DNA from: a phage
Direction: 5' to 3' (one strand)
DNA: 64,000 nt
Assembly (NCBI GenBank): GCA_036252695.1
Contig: GCA_036252695.1_4122.1
Of this stretch, positions 26,739-35,254 are shown in pieces. The first letter of the stretch is position 1, and each line of letters opens with the position of its first letter. A program made the translations under genes and the position numbers. The notes under the pieces are model-generated. The model ran no database searches. It saw only the letters and a program-made list of their open reading frames with translations, and had not been told where the DNA came from.

Positions 26739-28178
26739 ATGAAAAAATATACAATTGACACAAATGTACTACTATCTGACCCTAATGCATCTATTGCTTT
26801 TGATGGTGCTGCAATCATTCTACCATTTACAGTACTGGAAGAATTGGATTCAATTAAGAGTCGTAATGTAGATGTTTCACGCGATGCTCGTGTTGCTATT
26901 CGTAACATTGAAGCAATTATTGCAGATGCATCACATGATGAGATTAGTAGTACTGGTGTTAATATTGCTGATGTTCATACCAATATGAATCCTGATAGCA
27001 AATTGTTTGTTATTACAAACGAAGAAGCTGAAGCACTAATTCGTACTAAAGGTTCAGAAGAGAAAGTTCAAACCCTTCTCAAAAGCACAGTACCTGATGA
27101 TAAAATCATTCTGGTAGCTTTAGCAACAGAATCAGTACTGGTAACTCGTGATATCAACATGCGTATCAAAGCACTAAGTTATGGTGTCGAGGTACAAGAT
27201 TATCGCCATGATATTGTTATTGGTGATAGTGATTTGATTCACATTGGTCAACACCATTTGGAAATTAATTTTTGGGAAGTATATAGCAACTTAACCAATA
27301 CTAATATTCAATCCGAACAAGTTGGTCGTCGTTTGTATCATTACATTTCTAAAAGCTTGATTGAACATTTGCTTCCACAAAATCTATGCATCGGTGATTA
27401 TCTATATGATGATGCTGACGTATTATTTGTGTACGAAGGACAATCAGCAATTGAGGAAGATGATGGAACACTAACACCAGAAGATATTTTGGTATTCCAA
27501 GACATTGGACAATCAGTGGCTTTACGTGCTAAAGTATGGGATATTAAAGCAAAGAATATCCAACAAGCACTCGCCATCAACAGTATTCTCGATCCTGATG
27601 TACATCTAACAGTACTGCTAGGTTCTGCTGGTACTGGTAAAACACTAATTACAATTGCTACTGCATTAGAATTAGTACTGGAAAAACGTAAATACGACCG
27701 AATCATCTTCTCTAAAACTCAAGACTCACAGTTTGAAGATATTGGTTTCTTGCCAGGTTCAGAAGCAGAAAAAGTGATTCCATTCTGTGGAGCCGCGATT
27801 GATGCGTTAGAGTTTCTTCATAAAGATGATGCCAACCCACAAGGTAGTATTGAAGAGATTATGAAACGTAATGTTATTCAATTTAAAGCACTAAACTTTG
27901 TACGTGGACGTTCATTCACCAACACTATTCTAGTAGTTGATGAATTCCAAAACATTACACCTGCACAAGCAAAAACCATCTTGACACGAGCAGGGTTAAA
28001 CTGTAAAGTAGTAATTATGGGTAACTTGAGTCAGATTGACAGTAAGTTTATTAGTCCTGTTAACAGTGGTTTGACATATGTAACTGAGAAGTTTAAAGAC
28101 TGGGCAGGTTGTCGTGTCATCGAACTAGAAGGTGTTGTTCGTTCACCACTGGCTGAATTTGCTGAAGAAAATATGTAA
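26739..28178 (+). CDS. phoH: PIN-PhoH (PhoH2-like) ATPase
   Basis: N-terminal PIN-like region (YTIDTNVLL) fused to a PhoH-type NTPase with Walker A GSAGTGKT and DEFQN Walker B. Confidence 0.75.
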   Translation: MKKYTIDTNVLLSDPNASIAFDGAAIILPFTVLEELDSIKSRNVDVSRDARVAIRNIEAIIADASHDEISSTGVNIADVHTNMNPDSKLFVITNEEAEALIRTKGSEEKVQTLLKSTVPDDKIILVALATESVLVTRDINMRIKALSYGVEVQDYRHDIVIGDSDLIHIGQHHLEINFWEVYSNLTNTNIQSEQVGRRLYHYISKSLIEHLLPQNLCIGDYLYDDADVLFVYEGQSAIEEDDGTLTPEDILVFQDIGQSVALRAKVWDIKAKNIQQALAINSILDPDVHLTVLLGSAGTGKTLITIATALELVLEKRKYDRIIFSKTQDSQFEDIGFLPGSEAEKVIPFCGAAIDALEFLHKDDANPQGSIEEIMKRNVIQFKALNFVRGRSFTNTILVVDEFQNITPAQAKTILTRAGLNCKVVIMGNLSQIDSKFISPVNSGLTYVTEKFKDWAGCRVIELEGVVRSPLAEFAEENM

Positions 28179-28186
28179 TATTGTAT

Positions 28187-28215
28187 GGGACATTACGTCC
28201 CATACATGATATAAT
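28187..28215 (+). promoter_or_regulatory. sigma70-like early promoter with overlapping hairpin
   Basis: gggaca, 17-nt spacer, TG-a-tataat; the -35 lies in a tgggac-attac-gtccca hairpin right after the phoH stop. Confidence 0.55.
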
Positions 28216-28246
28216 GTTGTTATCATAATACAGAAGGAGATATAAA

Positions 28247-28435
28247 ATGGCTAAACAACCTAAGAAACAAGAACCAGTAGCAAAAGTTAAGAAAGAGAAA
28301 GTTATTCAATCCAAAGAACAACGTATGTACGAACAACGTAAGAGTGAAACCCTATCCGGTCTACAAGCTCTACGTAAGCAAGGTGTACTAACTCGTGCAC
28401 AGTACCGTGAACTAGTAGCTCAGAAAGGTTTTTGA
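28247..28435 (+). CDS. small basic protein
   Basis: 62 aa, Lys/Glu-rich, behind a strong promoter and GAAGGAG RBS; C-terminal LTRAQYRELV resembles a SHOCT-like motif. Confidence 0.55.
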   Translation: MAKQPKKQEPVAKVKKEKVIQSKEQRMYEQRKSETLSGLQALRKQGVLTRAQYRELVAQKGF

Positions 28436-28539
28436 TTCATTTGAAGCAATATTGTGGAGTTCTTAATAAATACTTTTATAAGAATAATAATACTTTTTAT
28501 TAAATTAAAAAGAACTCCATGTGTTATTTCAGTTTTTCG

Positions 28540-28566
28540 TCCCTGTCTTTTGGCAGGGATTTTTTA
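28540..28566 (+). terminator. rho-independent terminator
   Basis: tccctg-loop-caggga hairpin followed by a T-run; a separate 10-bp inverted repeat (tggagttctt / aagaactcca) lies upstream. Confidence 0.5.
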
Positions 28567-28661
28567 TATCTATATCTTGACAAAAGGAACAAATCATGAG
28601 AACATGTATTAAAGGAAGAATGACTTTCCATTAGGTTATTTTAACTTAAAGGAGATTTCAT

Positions 28662-29219
28662 ATGTTTTTTGACCAAACATTTACGTTGTATCACGATTCT
28701 GGTAAAGTTGAGATTGTAGACGATCTACTTCAATACATTGCTGACCATCAAGGGATAGATCGTTTCCACAGTAAGATGAAATTTGATTTAGCAGAATTCA
28801 ACAAAAAGAATCGTGAAACTTTTTGGAAGAACCGTTTCTATTACGAATTGTTCCCAGAAGAGTTTGTGGGTTATTATCTTTGTACTGAAAAAGGATTACT
28901 TGTATCTCCTGATTTACTTATGGGTGAATACATGATACTCTATAATGAGTACTGGGAACATAAACGTAAAGCTCGTGATACGGAATGGCGACATAAGCGT
29001 TCGTATATGTACAAACATAACCACTCCCGATACAAGCGTCCTAAGACTCAACAAGAGCGTCGTATGGCTTGTGCAGTACTGAAGGATGAGGGGGAACCTG
29101 ATATACGTGGAAGACGTAAGATGCGTTCATTACCATCGTATTGGGACGATATCAGAACAAGACATAGTACTGGCTGGAAATACAGTACTAAACGTAAACA
29201 TCAATACAAAGGGAGCTAA
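28662..29219 (+). CDS. hypothetical basic protein
   Basis: 185 aa, Arg/Lys-rich C-terminal half; AAGGAG RBS. Confidence 0.55.
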   Translation: MFFDQTFTLYHDSGKVEIVDDLLQYIADHQGIDRFHSKMKFDLAEFNKKNRETFWKNRFYYELFPEEFVGYYLCTEKGLLVSPDLLMGEYMILYNEYWEHKRKARDTEWRHKRSYMYKHNHSRYKRPKTQQERRMACAVLKDEGEPDIRGRRKMRSLPSYWDDIRTRHSTGWKYSTKRKHQYKGS

Positions 29220-29246
29220 TGCTCCCTAATTTTATAGGTGAACTTT

Positions 29247-29576
29247 ATGAACAAAATTGACGTTACTGTAGTGATTGGTTATATTGAAATTGAACCGTGT
29301 GGCATTGATACCTTTATTGACACTCTTAATAAGTATCGTGCTGAATATAACGGTCACATTAGTCTTTCACCAGACAGTGGTTACGGCGGTTTTCATGGAT
29401 ACAATGTAATTTGGACCAGAGAAGAAACTGACGAAGAATATAATACACGAATTGAAGCTGAATCTAAAAGATGTGAAGAAATTGAACGTCAAGAAATGAA
29501 ACACTTAATGAACAAGAAATCATTAAGTACCGAAGAGAAATCTAAACTGCTAAAATACATCAAGGATTACATGTAA
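29247..29576 (+). CDS. hypothetical protein
   Basis: ATG at 29247 (track ORF opens at GTG 29238). Confidence 0.5.
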   Translation: MNKIDVTVVIGYIEIEPCGIDTFIDTLNKYRAEYNGHISLSPDSGYGGFHGYNVIWTREETDEEYNTRIEAESKRCEEIERQEMKHLMNKKSLSTEEKSKLLKYIKDYM

Positions 29577-30226
29577 TGAAAAATGTAACTCAAGAAAAGA
29601 TTCTGTACCTTGCAAAGTACAATGGTGGTTTCAATATCATTAGCCGTGAGTACAGTGGTAATTTGGCTAAGTTGATTGACAGTTTGTTAGAATTTGATTT
29701 CATTAAATGGGAAACTAATGAACTTTGGTACGAATATGCTGGTCAGAAATGGGAAAGTGATTATGATAATGCAATACATTCATACACTATCACCAAAGCA
29801 GGTGAAGTTCGATTAGCCATTATGCGTTGTGCATATACTTACAAAAATCATAAAGGTGAAGAAAAACATATTCGCAGAAATGAAGAGCTATTACTTCTCA
29901 TGGAAGCAGCAAAAGTTACAATGCATGATTTGTTCCACCACCCACGTTGGTATGAAAATCTAACAAAAGCAGAGTACAAAGCTTTACGTTACATTGATGA
30001 ACAAAACAATACCCCAGTTGTAGTTGATGATGTTTGTGATGGTGAACTAACCATCAAAAACGTATTTGAAAGCACCAGTACTGAAAGTATTACAGACATT
30101 TCTGTACAGATGGCACTAAAAGCAATGGAACTTTTCAAGACACAATATGAAGGACACAGTGCTGAAGAAGTAGAGCGTGAGTTCATCACACGCGTACAGA
30201 TTGCATTGTTCCAATCGAAAAAGTAG
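29576..30226 (+). CDS. hypothetical protein
   Basis: 216-aa ORF with ATGA overlap. Confidence 0.55.
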   Translation: MKNVTQEKILYLAKYNGGFNIISREYSGNLAKLIDSLLEFDFIKWETNELWYEYAGQKWESDYDNAIHSYTITKAGEVRLAIMRCAYTYKNHKGEEKHIRRNEELLLLMEAAKVTMHDLFHHPRWYENLTKAEYKALRYIDEQNNTPVVVDDVCDGELTIKNVFESTSTESITDISVQMALKAMELFKTQYEGHSAEEVEREFITRVQIALFQSKK

Positions 30227-30443
30227 GATGATATGAAATATGAACATCCGTGATGGGTTATCATATAAAGAAGCAGGTAAAGATGGTGTCAAAGGTGAAG
30301 CTGTAGATCTTTGCATTTGTGCACTTGACATGTTCGCTTTGTAATGCGATAATATGAGTTCAGAAGAGATGGAACGTGAGTTCCTTACTTACATGAATGT
30401 TAAACTAGCCAAATGGCGTAAATCAATTCAATAGGTATTTTAA

Positions 30444-31415
30444 ATGAAAACTAAAATTATTTCTGAACAAAAAATTGGCAATACTACAGTACTGAATCTT
30501 GAAGTTCAAGGTCTTAGTAATGTTCGTTCTCTTACGGTTTGTACTCAGAGAGATGATTTGACTGATTTCTATAGCTCAGAATACATGTCAGAAGAACCTT
30601 GGGATATGGGATGGTTGGACGGTAGTAGTTATATCAGTTCACGTTATAGTTTTGGTTCTCATGAAAATATTGAACAATTAAAAAATGAGTATATTAAACT
30701 CAGTGATACTATTGAAATGAAAGAAGAAGATTGTGTAGAACTTTTCATTTTTGAATTCGATGCCGGAAATGGTAATTCATTACTAGTAAGTAATATTGAA
30801 GAACATTTAATGTATCATGAAATTGAAGATGTAGATTTTGAAAGTATTAAAAATGTTGTTCATATGGTTGGTGGTAGTATTACTGATGATTCAGATATCG
30901 GTCATAATATTTCACTGTGCTTAATTTCTCATCCAAAAACTCGTGGTTTTAAAGTTCCACAAGATGAAACTTACGTGTCTGAAACTGCTGATGAAGGAAT
31001 TTATCCTTGGAATGATTATGTAGAATACTATGGTCATTTCTGTTCTGATACAAAAGAACTGAAAAAAGGCGAACAATATTTTGATATGTTCCGTGCTGCA
31101 CAGCGTTTAGTACTGAATAATACTGAACTATTTCCTGATCGCGGCGAAGAAAATATGATTGATATTATCTTCAAGAACTATGATTATGTACAGAACATTC
31201 CTGATAATGTACATTTGGAATATGTTCACGGTTCTTCAAACAAATTCTATAATATTGAATTGAATGCTCCAGTGTGTGAAGTAATTATTGAGTACGGTGC
31301 TATTGGTAAAACCAGTACTACAGATGGTGAAGAATTCGAAACTATTGAAGAAGCACGTAAGTTCTTCGAGAAGAAAGTAATTTCTAAAATTAAAAGTGGT
31401 TATAGCCCAAAATGA
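30444..31415 (+). CDS. WGR-domain protein
   Basis: C-terminal ~80 aa (SSNKFYNIEL..YGAIGKT...EEARKFFEKK...GY) matches the WGR pattern; N-terminal 240 aa unassigned. Confidence 0.55.
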   Translation: MKTKIISEQKIGNTTVLNLEVQGLSNVRSLTVCTQRDDLTDFYSSEYMSEEPWDMGWLDGSSYISSRYSFGSHENIEQLKNEYIKLSDTIEMKEEDCVELFIFEFDAGNGNSLLVSNIEEHLMYHEIEDVDFESIKNVVHMVGGSITDDSDIGHNISLCLISHPKTRGFKVPQDETYVSETADEGIYPWNDYVEYYGHFCSDTKELKKGEQYFDMFRAAQRLVLNNTELFPDRGEENMIDIIFKNYDYVQNIPDNVHLEYVHGSSNKFYNIELNAPVCEVIIEYGAIGKTSTTDGEEFETIEEARKFFEKKVISKIKSGYSPK

Positions 31416-31792
31416 AAATCACACGCTTTGGTAAAACCTTTGAACTAAACATTGTTTCTGTTTATAAAAAAGGAAAATCAGGAAAGTTAAGCACTGATAA
31501 TATTAGATTTGTTATTAGTGATTATTATGATATGTTTAATCAGGCATTTGAAGAAAATAAATTTGGTTTGATTTTATGTAAACCACAAAAACCGGAATTA
31601 GGTATTTTGGATTTAAGAACTGATAAGTCTGATTTTATTGGTAATCTTGATATTATTGAATTTAAAGTTGATATATCAAAAGAACATTTTAGAGTTAAAA
31701 ACTATAATTATTACAAAGTTGATATTAATTCTATCGAAGTACAAAAAGTACTTGATGAACTTATCAGTAATAATTCGTGTTTTACTAAATGA
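31412..31792 (+). CDS. hypothetical protein
   Basis: 126-aa ORF with ATGA overlap. Confidence 0.5.
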   Translation: MKITRFGKTFELNIVSVYKKGKSGKLSTDNIRFVISDYYDMFNQAFEENKFGLILCKPQKPELGILDLRTDKSDFIGNLDIIEFKVDISKEHFRVKNYNYYKVDINSIEVQKVLDELISNNSCFTK

Positions 31793-32037
31793 GAAAAAAT
31801 ATCATGAAAAATATATTCATTACATTAACAATATTTGTATCCATTATTCTCTGTGGTTGTGCTCCTAAAGTTGATGAGATGGATGCTGAAATCATCCGTC
31901 AAGGTTTAACAAAACTAAATCATCAAGGAACACTATACGCATGTCATACTATGCGTCATGGGCAAGATCTTAACCTCATGTGCAGGAAGATTGTGAATCG
32001 CAAACGTCTTAATACTGTTCCGAAGGATGCACAATGA
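31789..32037 (+). CDS. putative lipoprotein
   Basis: Hydrophobic signal sequence ending in lipobox-like ILCGCA. Confidence 0.5.
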   Translation: MRKNIMKNIFITLTIFVSIILCGCAPKVDEMDAEIIRQGLTKLNHQGTLYACHTMRHGQDLNLMCRKIVNRKRLNTVPKDAQ

Positions 32038-32200
32038 AAGAAGTAATTGGCTACAAATGTAAAAATTGTGGCAAAGATAAGGGTAAGCATTCAATACAAG
32101 GGATGGCTTGTCCAAATCCAGGACGTGGAAATTTCAGAGGGTTCAGTACTGAAAAGTCTTACGAACCGGATCATACCAAACCTGTAATGGGTTATAAATT

Positions 32201-32560
32201 ATGAGTGATTATGTAGCATTTCTTCATCGCTTTGGAGAAGCTAAAGAAAAACATATTATCCGTATGCCATTATATGGTGAAAAAGACTGGTACAAAAGTA
32301 CTGTCAGTGTAGGTGCATTTCGTGACCGTGAAGCTGGATTCTTTCTGGGTAAGCAACATGAACGAGAGGTACTTTGCTCACTTTGGCGTTTAGATGAATG
32401 GGATAGTGATAACGTAAGAACTGCTGAATCAATGATGGCTATTGTTGGTATTGCGAACTATCAGCACCCATATGATCTATTACCTACATTTGAACATGCT
32501 TCTTTGTTTGACTTTTACAAAGCAGTAGGGTATGATTATAAAAAGAAACGTTACGTTTAA
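32201..32560 (+). CDS. hypothetical protein
   Basis: 119-aa ORF. Confidence 0.5.
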   Translation: MSDYVAFLHRFGEAKEKHIIRMPLYGEKDWYKSTVSVGAFRDREAGFFLGKQHEREVLCSLWRLDEWDSDNVRTAESMMAIVGIANYQHPYDLLPTFEHASLFDFYKAVGYDYKKKRYV

Positions 32561-32606
32561 CATCAGTACTGCCATCGTGTGCAGTACTTTTTAATTGGAG
32601 ATTACT

Positions 32607-33221
32607 ATGACTACATCGGAAAAGTACTGGTGGATTTTGGGTCATCCTAAATTCATAAACAAAGATATGGTTCCAGCTAGGATTGATATTGAACCTCATG
32701 ATGTGTGTCCAATGACAAATCGAATTGAAGATTTCAAAGCATTGAATACAAAGACTCAATTTTGGGTAGAATTTCTTTCACCAATGTATATTGAGCAAGA
32801 CGACGAATGGGTACAAGCACATGATTATCAATTGGATTGTGGTGGTGATACGTATGAAGAGGCCATTGATGAATTATACAAAAATGTTCTGAACACATAT
32901 GGGGATTATACCCAACAGGAAGCAGATGATAAATTTCATAAAATACATTCATTCAATGCATCACAATCAATATATAATCCCGCTAAAACAGTTTGGGAGG
33001 AACGACACAGTTGGAGTTCATGTGTAATCGATGAAGAAACCAAAGAAAAAATCATCGATGACATAAAAAATTTAAAAAATACAATCCAAGCCTTGCGTGC
33101 ATTCATAAAGTCTTGTACAATAGGAGAACAGCAAGAGGCAAAGATACATTTGGAGAGTGAAGAATGTAAACTTTGGGTTCTAGAAAAATCACTTGAAAAG
33201 GGTATAGACTTAGACTTATGA
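32607..33221 (+). CDS. hypothetical protein
   Basis: ATG at 32607 after GGAG (track ORF opens at TTG 32595). Confidence 0.5.
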   Translation: MTTSEKYWWILGHPKFINKDMVPARIDIEPHDVCPMTNRIEDFKALNTKTQFWVEFLSPMYIEQDDEWVQAHDYQLDCGGDTYEEAIDELYKNVLNTYGDYTQQEADDKFHKIHSFNASQSIYNPAKTVWEERHSWSSCVIDEETKEKIIDDIKNLKNTIQALRAFIKSCTIGEQQEAKIHLESEECKLWVLEKSLEKGIDLDL

Positions 33222-33586
33222 ATAGTAAATTGGAGAAACTTGTTGAAGAATTACGCCGGATGCCACCTATTGAGCAAGTAGGGAACTACAAGCGGTATCG
33301 TGTGATTGCTCGTGCACTGGATAAAAAAGGTCGAGTACTGGCAACTCGCACAAATTCTTATACACAGACTCACCCAGTACAGAAGGGTTTCGCCATTCGT
33401 GCTGGGCGACCGCAAGGTGAGTTTCTTCATGCTGAAATTTCATGTTTACTGGCTGCTCGTGCTGATGTTCATACTTTACTGATTGCACGGATAAGTAAAG
33501 ATGGAATTCCTGTACCTGCCAAACCATGTGAAATTTGCACATTAGCAATTATGGAATACGGGGTTAAGGAAATTATCCACACATGA
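33218..33586 (+). CDS. small CDA-fold deaminase-like protein
   Basis: HAEISCLLAA and PCEICTLA zinc-binding motifs (H-A-E ... P-C-x-x-C) in a 122-aa protein, distinct from cd. Confidence 0.5.
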   Translation: MNSKLEKLVEELRRMPPIEQVGNYKRYRVIARALDKKGRVLATRTNSYTQTHPVQKGFAIRAGRPQGEFLHAEISCLLAARADVHTLLIARISKDGIPVPAKPCEICTLAIMEYGVKEIIHT

Positions 33587-33807
33587 AGAAAATCGAGCGT
33601 TATACAAACCATACTGTTGTAGTTGAAAATGATATATTTTATTATTATATTTTCAGACCTATACATTGTTGCCAAATAACAACATTCAATAGTGGAAGGT
33701 TTTATGACAAGAACTTTCACATTACTGAGTTAGCAAAATATTCCAGTACTGAACACTTTAGTAATCTAGTATATGTGTACTGTATACCAAACCCAAATAA
33801 TAAGTAG
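33583..33807 (+). CDS. hypothetical protein
   Basis: 74-aa ORF. Confidence 0.4.
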   Translation: MKKIERYTNHTVVVENDIFYYYIFRPIHCCQITTFNSGRFYDKNFHITELAKYSSTEHFSNLVYVYCIPNPNNK

Positions 33808-33816
33808 GAGATTAAA

Positions 33817-34176
33817 ATGGCTAAAACTATTTCTTTAAAAAATGAAAATGTAGGACAACGCAAAGATGGTTTCTTTGGATTCTCATGGACAACACTATTC
33901 TTTGGACCATTCCCTGCATTGTTTCGTGGTGACTTTATTACGTTCATCGGTGCATTTGTAATTTACTTCATCCTCAACGCAGTGTCATTTTGGATTGTGG
34001 GTACAATTGCAATGGTCGTGTGGGCATTTCTTTACAATAAGTACTACACAGTGAATCTCATTAAGAATGGGTATAAATTCAATGGCACACATGAAGAAAA
34101 TGCTGAAGCTGCAATGGCTTTACAAATTGATTTGAATAAAAACAACACAGTTGATAAAAACAAAGATCCAGAATAA
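33817..34176 (+). CDS. membrane protein
   Basis: 119 aa with two or three hydrophobic helices; AGGAG RBS. Confidence 0.55.
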   Translation: MAKTISLKNENVGQRKDGFFGFSWTTLFFGPFPALFRGDFITFIGAFVIYFILNAVSFWIVGTIAMVVWAFLYNKYYTVNLIKNGYKFNGTHEENAEAAMALQIDLNKNNTVDKNKDPE

Positions 34177-34395
34177 ATGGAAAAATATGACATAATTTAC
34201 GATTATTATGGTAAGGCTTATATGAAGTGTGGGCGTTATGTTGAACTCTCTAATAGAGAATCAATAGATCCCCACACTCTTATAACAATTCATAATTCGT
34301 ACTATAAAAAAGTTACAATAGCTAATTTCGCTACATACGTGAATAATCCATTATTTCCTTACATTATTCAGTACTACTGTCGAGTTATAAAATAA
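34177..34395 (+). CDS. hypothetical protein
   Basis: 72-aa ORF. Confidence 0.45.
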   Translation: MEKYDIIYDYYGKAYMKCGRYVELSNRESIDPHTLITIHNSYYKKVTIANFATYVNNPLFPYIIQYYCRVIK

Positions 34396-34405
34396 GGTAA
34401 AAAAA

Positions 34406-34816
34406 ATGTTAGCCGATGATTTTATGTCTCTAAGTACCAAGATATTTGATATATTAGGAGATGAAATAGATTTCCACCTAAATGATACAACTATACCGTT
34501 CGAAGATGGTGGTTATTTTTTTGCATTTGGTTATAAGTACAATGTTGATTTCTCAATTCCGATTCCTGATGGAAGTGATTATACATCATCAACATATTTT
34601 GAATTTCAGTTCAACGGACACAAAGAGCGTTTACTAACATATAGACGTAAAGGTAATTTCAGTAGACCAGAGATTATATTAATGGATATTGAAAAACGAA
34701 TAGAAATTGCAAAGAATAATCCATTCTTCAGTTCTTATGCGTTAAACCAACTTATTGAACTATTTGATGGCTATCCAGACAGAATACGAGGGTCGTTACG
34801 TATCAATGCAGAATGA
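34406..34816 (+). CDS. hypothetical protein
   Basis: 136-aa ORF. Confidence 0.5.
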   Translation: MLADDFMSLSTKIFDILGDEIDFHLNDTTIPFEDGGYFFAFGYKYNVDFSIPIPDGSDYTSSTYFEFQFNGHKERLLTYRRKGNFSRPEIILMDIEKRIEIAKNNPFFSSYALNQLIELFDGYPDRIRGSLRINAE

Positions 34817-34991
34817 AATCTTTAAAAAAGAATACGATGGTGAAAGTCTCTATGATATTCAGAGAGATGTGCATGAAGCCTTCGATTCAAGATTTAACCC
34901 ATTAGCTGAACAAATCCCACAAGATGAGTTTGGTTTTCAAGAAGGGACGTTCACAGTAACTATTACATGGAGTCCAGATGAGACTAGCTAA
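34806..34991 (+). CDS. hypothetical protein
   Basis: Internal ATG of track ORF 34755..34991; start uncertain. Confidence 0.35.
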   Translation: MQNEIFKKEYDGESLYDIQRDVHEAFDSRFNPLAEQIPQDEFGFQEGTFTVTITWSPDETS

Positions 34992-35093
34992 ACTTGTCAT
35001 AGGTTGCAGTGCACTTGCTGCATATATGCTTTTTTCCGCACCAACCAATGTATTACTGCTAATTTGGGCAGTTGTTATATTAGCAGTACTTTA

Positions 35094-35117
35094 AAAGCAC
35101 CCTTGTGGTGCTTTTTC
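35094..35117 (+). terminator. rho-independent terminator
   Basis: agcacc-cttgt-ggtgct hairpin followed by a T-run; near-identical to the one after nrdG. Confidence 0.5.
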
Positions 35118-35254
35118 TATTTGTGCAAATAAAAAGCAATGTGACTTTTCCTTGATATAGGTCAAGAGAAATAACCTGTTCTGACGCTATAATGTTGTCT
35201 GGTGATATTAAATATCTTCACCCCCAGATGATTTCAAAATACAAGGAATGTACA

